From: Bugula neritina
Taxonomy: Eukaryota > Animalia > Bryozoa
Reading direction: 5' to 3'
Length of the DNA stretch: 64,000 nucleotides
NCBI GenBank assembly: GCA_964035545.1
Contig: OZ037773.1
Location: 1,579,751-1,643,750 of the forward strand
Part shown: positions 1-13,000 of the stretch, piece by piece
Layout of the letters: each line of letters begins with the position of its first letter
Numbering within the stretch: position 1 is the stretch's first letter
Translations under genes and position numbers: made by a program
The notes under the pieces: generated by a model
What the model saw: the letters and a program-made list of their open reading frames with translations, nothing else
Told to the model about the DNA's origin: nothing
Database searches by the model: none

Positions 1-323
1 CTTAAACTTTTTCACAGCACTGTAGATGTTAAGTACTGATAATAAACTTCAGTTGTCAAGTTTGCCCATGTAGCCTGTATCCGACAGTTTGATAAAATAA
101 CATTATTGGCAAAAATAGAAAATCATACCTTTTGTCCCAGTTCAGTATGGAGTAAGAGATGTTTACGAAGAATAGTAATAAATGAACCCAAGAACATCTG
201 GTGTTATTTAGATCTGTTGAGAAAATTTTCTAATGACTAGTACTCGAAAACGACAAACAGCAAAGCCAACCTTAGACCCAGGACACTATTTTAGCACTAA
301 ACCCATATGATTAGAAAGCTTAC

Positions 324-378
324 TTTGGAGATTTGAGATAAGTTCGCGATTGTTGGTACCGCCCGACCTCCAAGCCAT
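324..378 (-). CDS. PCMT1: Protein-L-isoaspartate O-methyltransferase, first coding exon (gene continues beyond the left edge)
   Basis: The minus strand reads TATAG|TGTG ATG GCT TGG AGG TCG GGC GGT...CTC CAA A|GTAAGC, giving MAWRSGGTNNRELISNLQ. This matches the PIMT N-terminus (MAWKSGGASHSELIHNLR). The coding part is 55 nt and ends phase 1 at a GTAAG donor. Not in the ORF track. Confidence 0.8.
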
Positions 379-1080
379 CACACTATAACTCTCAAATACA
401 GTTGGTAGAACAAGCAAACTGGCTAATAGCTTTCCTTTCTTAAATAACATCTATACCATACTGGACAGTAGTCAATCTGCAAAACAGTCACACTGAGTGA
501 TGCATCATAATGATAAAATTGCAGTTGGTGTAGCTTAGACATCATCACAGTGATCATCTGCAATATTTAGAACTAGCTTCATCAAAATAAAAATAACAAA
601 CTGTTGAGTATTGTTATTGAACAACTAGAAAGTATAAGATGAGAACTATAATAACAGCATGTATTGGTAGTTAACTGAGTAAACGTCAGCTGCTAGATCT
701 GCGTTTACAATTACAGACTCCGGGACCCGTGAACTTATACTTACACACAGTAACTTATAGTTATTGTAACTGTAAGTATTTTAATTTATAGTGACACCGA
801 TACTGGTAGTCATACTCACTTAGTTTTACTAATACAGTGATACTTATAGTTATAGTATTACTTATTGATATTCTTACAGTTAATCTTATAGTTATTAGTA
901 CTTTAATCCATTTCCAGTATCTTTATTCATATTCATATTGACTTTGAGCATTAACAGAAAAACTAAGTCCAAAACTTTTGGCAAAGGTAAAAGTAAAGAC
1001 AAAGCAGTTGATTACAACTAAATTTACTTTTACTTTTAGTATTACTACAACAATAAGCATTAGTGATTAGCCTTTAGTTT

Positions 1081-3435
1081 TCTCATCTCATCTCATCTAA
1101 TTAATCTCACTCGGAGCGCTTTGGCTCCTTTATCGAGATGCAGTGGTGTATGAACAATTGTTTAGATTATCAGTAGTAAGTAAGAAAACCATTTTGTCTA
1201 CGAGATAAGAATATAGTTAATTATGCTTTGATTCAAAGCTCAATAGCTAGCTACTGCCAGGAGAGAAAAAAGAAAAAAAAGAAAAAGTAAAAAAAGTAAA
1301 AAAGTAAATAAATAAATAAATATACACCGCACAGCTTCAGATGATATAAAGTAGAGTCGGTGTTAAGTGCTTATAATCAGTTAGGCAAAGCAGCTAGAAT
1401 CATTAGAAAAGTTTATGGATGCGATGTTTATATGAATGTTTGGCAGTTTTGGTATTGATATTGCCCTTAATAGCACCATGTCTGGTATTGTGAGACTCTG
1501 CAAAATGAAGGGAGAACCGGTCTTGGTCTATAGCGGCACTACCAGAAAGCATACGAAAGTACATTTTTTGGTCTGCATTGTCACGTCTTTGTGCAAGGCT
1601 ATCCCAATTAGAATTTGTCATGAGCTCAGTTATATGATCTCGTTTTCTCTTACAGAATGTCCACCTGAAGGCTTTTCTATTTATACCTTCTATGATGTTG
1701 ATGTTTTTCAATTTAAATGGAGACCAGGTGTGGGTCGCAAATTCTAGTATAGGGCGACAGGCTGTTTTATAAGCTATGGCTCTGGTTTTACTTTTAGCCT
1801 TTTTTAGACAGCGCATCAGCATGTGTAATAATTTATTAGCTTTTGAGCAAATGTTTATTATATGTTGATCGAATGACAGTTTATTATCAATCGTGACACC
1901 AAGGTATAATACTTTGTCAACACATTGTAAGGGGTCATTATTCATGCTGTATTGAGACACTAGAGGATTTACAGTGGAGTGTTGAATTGTCATATGCTCA
2001 CATTTATTTATATTGAACTTCATCTGAGAACTGTCTGCCCAAGTTATAAGATGGTCTAAGTCATTCTGAAATAAACTAGAATCAGCAGGTGTTGTGATTG
2101 GTTTGTACAACAAGGAATCGTCTGCATATAGTTTAAGCTTGCTGTTGGCTACCGCAGAGTGCATGTCATTTATGTACACATTAAATAACAATGGTCCTAA
2201 TACACTGCCTTGGGGCACTCCTGAGGTCACATGTCTAGTGGCCGATTTGACGTTGTTGACACAGACTGAAAGAAGACGGTTCTGAAGCCATGAAAAAATC
2301 CATTTGACAGTTTTATCAGCTATTCCGATATTTAGCAGTTTAACCTGTAGTTTATGGTGCGACACAACGTCAAAGGCCTTTGAAAAATCCAAGACAGCGA
2401 GGTCAACCGGTATCATTTCATCGAAAAAATCTATAAATTCACTCACGGTATTCAACAACTGAGTATCGCAGCCATGATTTGTCCTGAAACCATGTTGGTG
2501 TGGGTAAAACAGGTCATTTGATTCGAGGAAACAGTTGATATTATGTGATACGATATGCTCGAAGATTTTGGATATGATAGAAGTGAGTGATATTGGCCTG
2601 TAATTCAGCGGGTCTGTACGACTTCCTTTCTTGAAGATCGGTACAATGTTTGCTGTTTTTCAGTCTTGTGGTGTCTGAGATGTATCGTAAAAGTACTGAA
2701 AAACCTTTGTCAGGGGCTCATATATATAATGTGCAAGATATTTTAGAAGTGCAGGAGAAAGCTCATCTGGGCCAGCACCTTTTCGTGGATCGAGTTTGGT
2801 GAGCTGTGTTAGGACTCCCCGGGGATCAAATCGTATAGGAGATGATATAGTTTGAGGTGGAATGCAGGGAGAGATATTACCATCATCAATAGAAAACACA
2901 GAAGCAAAGGAGTCCGCAAAAGATTCAGCTATAGCAGTATTGTTGTTAGGGGGAATGTTGTCTAGTTGGCGTACAGTATTTGAGCTGCCCTTTTTACTTG
3001 CTATGAACCGATAAAGAGGTTTTGAATCACCCTGCTCTAATGTATTGCATATGTGTTTGTTTATATAATTATTATAGTCCCTGTTACACAATTTCTTGCA
3101 GTACCGGGACTGGGTGGCATGTTTTAAAATGTTGTGCGGGGTGCGATCGTTAAGGCAAGCTAGGTGGAGGTGTTTTCTTTTTCTGATCTCACTTTTAGTT
3201 TCTTGGGATATCCAGAGTTCTGATTTTTTCTTTCTAAATTTGTATGGGATATTGGAATGTGCTACCTGAAGTATTCCAGATTTGAGATTATGCCATAACT
3301 GTTCAGCGCTACATTTCTTAGAGATATCTGAGGTGTTTTACAATGTAGGGAGTAACAGTCCACGGTGATGTTCGTTATGTCTGCCTTTTCAAACTGCCAA
3401 TATGGTTTTGGTTTGGTTAAGGATGCTGTCCTAAC
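1081..3435 (-). mobile_element. 5'-truncated, inactivated LINE (CR1/L2/Jockey-group-like ORF2 reverse transcriptase)
   Basis: ORFs 1403-2458 and 2660-3091 are one frame broken by TGA at 2660-2662, where PxDW is expected, followed by KTANIVPIFKKG..NYRPISLTS. RT motifs are present: LDFSKAFD, SGVPQGSVLGP, LYADD, YLGV. Degraded upstream coding runs to about 3435. The 3' end is at an (AGATG)n tail near 1081-1098. Confidence 0.9.
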
Positions 3436-3794
3436 CTTTAACTTTAATTTAGAATTCAGAAGTATAATAATAACCATAATGATAAAGTGATATTGACTAC
3501 ACTATATTTAATGAGACTTATATTCATATTGATATTAACATTATAATTATTATTGTAAATGATATTCATATTCATATTCATATTCATATTGATATTGAGA
3601 TTCTCATTCTGATTTTGATCATTTTGATTGGTATATTATTCATACTATAACTATAAGTATTTCACTCAGTATAATCATCACTAGATATACGTATAAGTAT
3701 GCCAATAATTATTTTAAAATACTATTTAAGTAATTTAAATCATGCGAGAAAAACAATTTTTCCAACAACTAGTACTAAAACTCAACATTTAGAA

Positions 3795-3942
3795 GCAGTG
3801 GTGGAGAAATTGAGATGGGCTAAGTTCTTCAATTTATTATTAAGTTCTGGTTTGGGGTAGAATTTTATAATTTTCGAAAGAACAACTTTTTATGTTACAT
3901 TTCTAATCTAGAACACAGGCTTTTCTCAATTTTTCTCATCAC
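3795..3942. mobile_element. MITE family A copy (~150 bp)
   Basis: Begins GCAGTGGTGGAGAAATTGAG and shares the internal TCTAGAACACAGGCTTTTCTCAATTT with the copies at 19532, 24878 and 36404. Confidence 0.6.
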
Positions 3943-4042
3943 AATTTTTATTTAGCTAGTTATTTTTTTTTTGCATAGAGAGCACAACTCCATTTATGTA
4001 GATATATCAACAAAAGTGTCGATATTATAGCATAGGTGTGGC

Positions 4043-5896
4043 CAGGGATGTAGTGGTACCCATACGGTCCCATACGCCGTATGGCCTAGAAGAAATTACA
4101 CTGTTCTAGGCCATACGCCCGTATGGGCATATGTTTTTTGAAAGATGATTAGTGCACAGGATAGTTAGGGCATCCTCACTGAGAATATCATAAATTTCGC
4201 TCACAATCTAGTTTAAGTTCTTGTTATGTTAATGCTATGTGGATGGCATGCGTGTTGCCTACTTGTGATTGTTTAGCCTGAGATTACTCTATGAATAATA
4301 AGCAGCCACTGAGCTGGAATAATATTATTGAGTTCGATGTAAGCAGCAATCAACATCCTATCTTCTCATCTCTCCGTGTTCACTGAAGCGCGAAGTGCTG
4401 TGCATTGGTTATTACTAAGAAAAAAATATTTCATTTTCAGTGTATAAATCACTAATTTGTAGAAAATCTATGAATGCTATTGAAAAGATCAAAAAAATTT
4501 GCTATGCATAAATTTCTCAGGTTTCCAACAGTGTTTGTTTCATTTGAATACCATGCTTTCCTGCTGAGATATTTGGCAGGGATTGAAAAATAAACTTTTC
4601 AGGTAAAATTGGCCAAAAATGGGTAGATTTTTGTCTATAACTTTGAAAAAAAATTATTGGAAACTCGGAAAATTATGTGCTCTAAGGAACAGGAAGATCT
4701 AAAACATGGTTTTTAAATTTTAATTCTAGCACAATTAAGTGAGGTTTTATTTGGCAGGACTGAATTCTTATAATATACCAATAATGTGGCCTCAGCAAGG
4801 CAGTGACAGCTAGAAGGTTGCCCTTATCTATCTTGTGTGGACTTGCATTTTGTCATTAAGCAATGGAATTTGAAAAAAAACCAACATGAAATCCAGAAAT
4901 AAAACCAAAATGTCTTCAGGAAACAGTACCAGGTGTGTAGGAGAGGTTAATGAAAATTGATCACTGAGGTCTACAGGTACTATATCCACATTTTGGTCAA
5001 AAACCTAGCAGCGTTATTGCATGTTAATGATCAATGCAATGAGGTTTTGCAAACTGTACACCATCATAAGTAACCTGTTATGTTCGATTGTACTAACGTC
5101 TGGCTTTACATTTAATCATTTTCTAGGTTAACACATATTAAACCTGTCAAATTTGTTCTTTTGGGGTATATTTCCTTGATGTGTCTAGTGGAAACTCAGG
5201 AGTTTTATTTTGAAACCAAGTTAACATACTCTTCTTGGGTATGCTTTATTGTATGAAAGGAGGTGTGGTGGTATCTCCTTATGAATTAGACTAGTACTCC
5301 AATAAACTCCAAATAGGTTTTCAACCAATATCTGCTTGCCAATGAGTTATCAATTCAAATTGCTCTTTATAAATAACCAACACACAATTTCTGATTTGCA
5401 ACCTTCCTCTGTTCTGATCTATTATTCTTTTTCTGTGCACGGCAGTGTATTAGTTATTTAAAGTAATGTGGTTGCATTTGGAGAGCACTTGTTACCTGAC
5501 TCTATCCTTCTATCTGTTTGAGATTTTCAGCAATTTTTCTGTACAGGTTGGACTTAGTAGTGTCAGAACAAACCTAACTGCAGTTGAGTAAGACTACATT
5601 TAAAATTACAGTCAACAGGTATGGGACAATACTGAATATTTATATAGTTTGCAGCAATGCCCAGTCGTCATGTAGCTGGTATGGTATGAAAATAATAGCG
5701 AGGTGCACATTTCAACACAGATTTTTTTCAGAAGAATTATAATTCACAATGGCTTTAAATTGCATAAATTTGCATCAGAAGCGCTCTGAGGGCTTCGGCG
5801 CCGGGGCGCTGCCCCGGACCCCACCGGGGGCTTGGGCAGCCCCCTGGACCCCGGCCTGAGAGTATGGCCTAGAATATTTTTGCCACTACATCCCTG
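4043..5896. mobile_element. Non-autonomous hAT DNA transposon, 1854 bp
   Basis: Perfect 14-bp TIR CAGGGATGTAGTGG / CCACTACATCCCTG. Perfect 8-bp TSD GGTGTGGC (4035-4042, 5897-5904). Subterminal CATACG/CGTATG repeats and a GC-rich segment at 5790-5860. No transposase ORF. Confidence 0.92.
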
Positions 5897-7056
5897 GGTG
5901 TGGCCTACATGATGGCTAGTATAAGAGAGAGTAGAGTGTTATATGTAGGTACCCTTTTATCCTAAGAAAGAGAGCAGGATGAGATAGATTGAGAGACAAT
6001 AGAATGTGGAGAAATATAGATATAGAAGTTTATGTATATAAAGTTTAGGATAATAATTATACAGAACTTGTGTATGCTGTGAGATTGTCAATATCTAGCT
6101 CTCCCTGCAAATTGATGGGAGCTGGAGTTACTGTGCAGCCAAGCCAAGCAACCCGCACCAACACACCAAGCAACCCGCACCAACACACCATGCAACCCCA
6201 GACTGATCTGGAGGCTGCAATACTATATGTTGAATAAATAACTTAATAAAACTTCTGAATATGTTTGTTGTATGGTATTTTATATCGTCACCATGTTTAC
6301 AAAAAACTATATATTGCAATATTTTTTGCATATTTCTTACAACTGATAATAAAGTCTAGTAACAATTTGAAAATCGCAAAATTTAGTTTGTACTAGTACT
6401 AGCCTTGCTAGCTGCAGCTTCATAGCTGCTAACGAGACAAAATTTTGCAATTCTATTGAAATTCTCTTCATGAAGCAACTGCCTAAACTAATTCAAACTG
6501 AAACGGTTTAAACCTCCAAGATCAAGAAAATTGTATTCATATAATGAGAATTCATAGTTAATTAAAGTTGATTGAAGTAAACCAGATAAACTTGTATTAA
6601 TAAATGGAATACAGTTACTATATTGTATGTATGTATGTGTGTATATAATATAATATACATAGTCAAATTTACCACAACTATTATTATGCAATATAACATG
6701 TTTTCTCCAACTTGTAAGTATAATATTTTAAAAACTTTACGTACACAGAAATATATTCTCACACCATTTTATATACAATAATACTATCATTATCAAGTGT
6801 GAACGCAGAAGAGTGGTAGCACAGCGTATGTACAGTATCGGCGGGTGGCTATAACTATGTCCCAATAGTTGATGTAGAGCAAAGTCTATGATTCTAATAT
6901 CCTGTTACTATTGTATTAAAAGCTGGGTGGTAGTTTATGGAGCATGTCCCGACAGTTGGTGTGTAGCTTAGTCTATGAATTGAATACACCATGGCTATGC
7001 CCATAAAAGTGTGGGTGGTCATAAAGAACGTATCAATAGTTGGCGTGGAGCTAAGT

Positions 7057-10000
7057 CTAAGATTTGAATATCTGGTTACACTCGTCCTGATCAATATTGT
7101 CGGGACAGGCGCATGTGGAGTCGTAGTTGGAGGTGGGGAGACAAAGGAACTGACAGCCACCATTGTTGTAAGTGCATTCATTCGTACCTGTAATGTGTAA
7201 TATACTTGATAACATAGTAATATAGTATAATACGTAATATATCCAATAACATAGTAATATAATATAATATGTAATATACTTGATAACATAGTAATATAAT
7301 ATAATGCGTAATATACTTGATAACATAGTAATATAGTATAATACGTAATATACCCAATAACATAGTAATATAATATAATATGTAATATACCTGACAACAT
7401 AGCAATATACCTGACAACATAGTAATATAATATAGTATGTAATATATCTGACAACACAGTAATATAGTATAATACGTAATATACCCAATAACATAGTAAT
7501 ATAATATAGTATGTAATATACCTGACAACATAGTAATATACCTGATAATATGTAATATAATATAATATATAATATATCTGACAACATAGTAATATACCTA
7601 ATCATATGTAATGTACCTGATAACATAGTAATATACCTGATAACATAGTAATATACCTGATAATATGTAATACAATATAATTTTATATACTATAGCTAGT
7701 AATATAATAATAATATACCCAGTAATATGTTAATAATATACAATAAATATTGCATCTCGTATGTTAGTTATAGTATATAATATATACTATACTTAGCAAT
7801 ATATTATAATATATACTACACCTAGTAGTATAGTAATAATATATAATATATACTATACCTGGTAATATAGTAATAATATATAATATATACTATACCTAGT
7901 AATATAGTAATAATATATAATATATACTATACCTGGTAATATAGTAATAATATATAATATATACTACACCTAGTAATATAGTAATAATATATAATATATA
8001 CTATACCTGGTAATACAGTAATAATATATAATATATACTATACCTGGTAATATAGTAATAATATATAATATATACTATACCTAGTAATATAGTAATAATA
8101 TATAGTATATACTATACCTGGTAATATAGTAATAATATATAATATATACTACACCTAGTAATATAGTAATAATATATAATATATACTACACCTAGTAATA
8201 TAGTAATAATATATAATATATACTATACCTGGTAAACACTGACTAGCTACAGGCTCGATGCTGTAAGCTTTCCCATTTCCGCCAACAGGAAACAGCATGC
8301 TAGCTCCAAGCACTTCCCCTCCGCGAGGAATTGACTGAATCGCATTTTTGTGCCAGTCCGTCCAGTAGAAGTTGTCCCGGAAGGTGGCAAGTCCAAACGG
8401 GTAGTTGGCGAGGTCGTAGATGATGCTTCTACCGCTGCCATCTGGCCGCACACACTCCAGTTTCTGCGTACCGGCATCAGACCAGCAGACCTGCTGTCGG
8501 TACAGGTCAAAGGTCAAACCATTTGGTAGTCCAAGGCCAGTGTCGACTATCACTTGTCGGTCTGTTCCGTCAGTGTTGGCAGCCTCTATCTTCGGGCCGT
8601 CCCTATTCCAGTCGGTCCAGTAGATTTTACTGGAACAAGACATGATGAAACTCTGACTGGTTAATATATCGGTATAAAATATAGTATATAGTAAAGTATA
8701 GTGTAGTATATAGTATAGTATTTAATGTATCGTATAGCACATAGCATAGTATAGTATATAGTAGCTTAGTATCGTACAGTATATAGTATAGTATAGAATG
8801 TAGTATAGTATATAGTCTAGTATAGTAGAAAGTAACATACTATGGTACAGTATATTGTAGTAATAATAGTAACAGTAAGTATTGTAAGTGAAGAGAACAT
8901 ACTTACCCTTCAATAGGATCCACAGTTATAGCCCTAGGATTGACAAGGTCACTGTCTATCAACACTTTACGGTATTTCCCTTCCAAGTCGGAGACCTCAA
9001 TTCGATCAAGGGCGGAGTCAGTGAAGAAAAGAGTTCTACTTATCCAATCAACTGCCAGGCCTTCGGGAGAGCCGAGATCTGCAATTAGTGAGTGGATAAA
9101 GAAACCCCTCAACATTAGTGAGTGGATACAGAAACCCCTCAACATTAGTGAGTGGATACAGAAACCCCTCAACATTAGTGAGTGGATAGAGACACCCCTC
9201 AACATTAGTAAGTGGATAAAGAAACCCCTCAACATTAGTGAGTGGATAGAGACACCCCTCAACATTAGTGAGTGGATACAGAAACCCCTCAACATTAGTG
9301 AGTGGATACAGAACCCCCCTCAACATTAGTGAGTGGATAGAGAAGTCTCTTTGAGCTAGTAAATAGAGTTCAACTTGTGACGAACTCTGTGACTGAAGAC
9401 TATTAACTATTAGATAGCTACTAGCTACTAGGTAGTCATTTACTATAAATTATTAGATAACGAGTTGCTACTAACTACTAGATAAAAAGTTACTACTAAC
9501 TACTATATAAAGAGTTACTACTAACTACTAGATAAAGACTATTGCATGGATATATAACCTGCTATAATGACGTGACTGTCTGTGCTGTTGTCCAGAGAAG
9601 CCCTGCTAATGGTGCCGGTGCTGATGTCGCTGTAGTAGAATTGTCTGTCCTTGCAATCAGCTGCCAATCCCACAAGTGTCCCGCCTACACAAACAGAAAT
9701 TAAGATTGGGGAAAGTGAGAGTTAGTTGTAGTATAGTGAGAGCTAGTAGTAGTATAGTGAGAGCTAGTAGTAGTATAGTGAGAGCTAGTAGTAGTATAGT
9801 GAGAGCTAGTAGTAGTATAGTGAGAGCTAGTAGTAGTGTAGTGAGAACTAGTAGCAGTATAGTGAGAGCTGGTAGTAGTATAGTGAGAGCTAGTAGTAGT
9901 GTAGTGAGAACTAGTAGCAGTATAGTGAGAGCTAGTAGTAGGGTAGTGAGAACTAGTAGTAGTATAATGAGAGTTAGTAGTAGTATAGTGAGAGCTAGTA

Positions 10001-13000
10001 GTAGTATAGTGAGAGCTGGTAGTAGTATAGTGAGAGCAAGTAGTAGTATAGTGAGAGCAAGTAGTAGTATAGTGAGAGCTAGTAGTAGTATAGTGAGAGC
10101 TAGTAGTAGTATAGTGAGAGCTAGCAGTAGTGTAGTGAGAGCTAGTAGTAGTATAGTGAGAGCTAGTAGTAGTATAGTGAGAGTTAGTAGTAGTATAGTG
10201 AGAGCTAGTAGTAGTATAGTGAGAGCTAGTAGTAGTATAGTGAGAGCTAGTAGTAGTATAGTGAGAGCTAGCAGTAGTGTAGTGAGAGCTAGTAGTAGTA
10301 TAGTGAGAGTTAGTAGTAGTAGTATAGTGAGAGCTAGTAGTAGTATAGTGAGAGCTAGTAGCAGTATAGTGAGAGTTAGTAGTAGTGTAGTGAGAGCTAG
10401 TAGTAGTATAGTGAGAGTTAGTAGTAGTAGTATAGTGAGAGTTAGTAGTAGTAGTATAGTGAGAGCTAGTAGTAGTATAGTGAGAGCTAGTAGCAGTATA
10501 GTGAGAGTTAGTAGTAGTGTAGTGAGAGCTAGTAGTAGTATAGTGAGAGTTAGTAGTAGTAGTATAGTGAGAGCTAGTAGTAGTATAGTGAGAGCTAGTA
10601 GTAGTATAGTGAGAGCTAGTAGTAGTATAGTGAGAGCTAGCAGTAGTGTAGTGAGAGCTAGTAGTAGTATAGTGAGAGTTAGTAGTAGTAGTATAGTGAG
10701 AGCTAGTAGTAGTATAGTGAGAGCTAGTAGCAGTATAGTGAGAGTTAGTAGTAGTGTAGTGAGAGCTAGTAGTAGTATAGTGAGAGTTAGTAGTAGTAGT
10801 ATAGTGAGAGCTAGTAGTAGTATAGTGAGAGCTAGTAGTAGTATAGTGAGAGCTAGTAGTAGTATAGTGAGAGCTAGTAGTAGTATAGTGAGAGTTAGTA
10901 GTAGTATTGTGAGAGTTAGTAGTAGTATAGTGAGAGTTAGTAGTAGTGTAGTGAGAGCTAGTAGTAGTATAGTGAGAGCTAGTAGTAGTATAGTGAGAGC
11001 TAGTAGTAGTATAGTGAGAGCTAGTAGTAGTATAGTGAGAGCTAGTAGTAGTATAGTGAGAGCTAGTAGTAGTATAGTGAGAGCTAGTAGTAGTATAGTG
11101 AGTTAGTAGTAGTATAGTGAGAGTTAGTAGTAGTGTAGTGAGAGCTAGTAGTAGTATAGTGAGAGCTAGTAGTAGTGTAGTGAGATGCATCACCTTACAC
11201 ACAACTTTCATTAAATTCAATTCTTTTGACACATTTTGTGAGAAAAAATAAATGTAGCTGCAGCTGAAAGAAAACATTATGTTAGATCCAATCAAAACTC
11301 AGTTACCTTTTCTAACGATGATACATAGATAAACATAAGTTTCCGCATTAAATGACAAATCCAAGCAACATTAGCAAAAACATATTTTATTACATGAATT
11401 ATATTATATTCTAAGTATAATTTATAGACAACCCCATAACAACCCTATAGGCAATCGCACGGTAACTCACCAGATTTGAAGAGAATTCTCCGCCCTCGAT
11501 CACTGCCAGCCTGGTAGAATGGGACCCTGAAGATGGACATGCCTTGAGAGAAGAGTAGATAGTTGCCCTTCTCGTTCAGTGCTGTAAACAGGGAGCAAAG
11601 TCTAACACTCACTAATTAATGACAAGATATGTTACAAGAATATATAGACTGTCAGCTTAGATTGGTCTTCTTTATCAGTGGAAAGGCACTGCCTTTACTA
11701 ACATATACCAGACTCAATCTAAAGAATACAGACAGAGTTTTAAAGATACCGAATTTGTACAGCTTACAGAAAATTACAAGCCAGGTTTTGAAAGTCGTGT
11801 AAAGATCAAAGCTTTCTTTGTGCATACTGTGGTCGTAGGATTCTTCAAATAGACTTACGAGAGCATGTAGAGCCATCGCCACGGTAACCAGGATTGCAGA
11901 TACAGACAAAGTCACCAGCAGAAGTTCTGGAGCAGACGGCATTCCTGTCACAGAGGGCCGGTCTGGTCAAGCAGTTGTCTGTAAAAATTACACCATGTAA
12001 TGAAACAGCCACACAATACTATCAAAGTGAGGCCAATCACTAGGTTTCCATACTTCACATTATGCGAATGGATTTTTTATTTGCCTAATGGAAATAGTCG
12101 CATCGAAGCAAAACCACAACCATAAGTTAATGCAAACTGCAAGCACAAATTAATGTTACAGGCATCCATTTGCATAATGCGCATGTCATTGAAATACAGT
12201 GAATGTGGAATATTCAGGTCAAGGTTAAATAATCAGCCACCGAATACAGTGCGCCCTCCGTATCTTACTAAGCTGCTGGTCCCGAAACCTCAATTCGTGA
12301 CAAAGTAGAATACTACATTACACTTTAGGACGTGGTTGATTTGGCCATTTGTCCCTAAACATACATACATAAGCCACAAAACAGGGGTCCAAGCCCTTTT
12401 CGTGGATTTATGTGAGAACTGGATCAGGAGATATGGAGGGAGAACTGTAATATCATGTAATATCATAAATTAGTTACGTTTGACAAACAATGACAGAGTG
12501 TATTGTGCCAAAAGAACTTTAACATGTCCTCATCCTTACCCTGTATAGCAGTGCAGGAAACACCATCTCCAATAAAGCCATTTCTACAGACACATTTGGG
12601 TCCCAGTGCAGTGTCGTAGCAATCGGCATCGAGATGGCAGACATTAACTTGATTACACATCGTCACGGCTACAAAACAGGAAATGAACTCTTAGTGTATG
12701 ACATGATACAATGAGCTCTAAAATACAATATTATTATACAATGAGCTTTAGGAATACAACATGATACAATGAGTTCTAGGATTACAATGATCTCTAAAAT
12801 ACAATATGTTACAATGAGCTCTACGAATACATTATGCTACAATGAGCTCTAGGAATACAATATGCTACAATGAGCTCTAGGAATACAATATGCTACAATG
12901 AGCTCTAGAGTGTCTGCTGCAAAGAATGACTTACCTGTAGTGGTGCAGAGTTGTCCATCTCCCTGGTAACCGTCGTCACAGGTACACTGATACTTATTCT

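Noticed and set aside
2660-2662. In-frame TGA as selenocysteine or programmed read-through
   Set aside because: It lies at a conserved Trp of a truncated LINE, so it is a simple TGG to TGA mutation.
6090-6214. GC-richer minus-strand segment with a 22-bp duplication as a signal-peptide exon or PCMT1 extension
   Set aside because: No recognisable homology, and the frame and splice partners are ambiguous.
9676-11295. 476-aa and 531-aa ORFs (VRASSSI / SSHYTTT repeats)
   Set aside because: They are translations of a 21-bp intronic minisatellite; the flanking nidogen exons join in frame without them.
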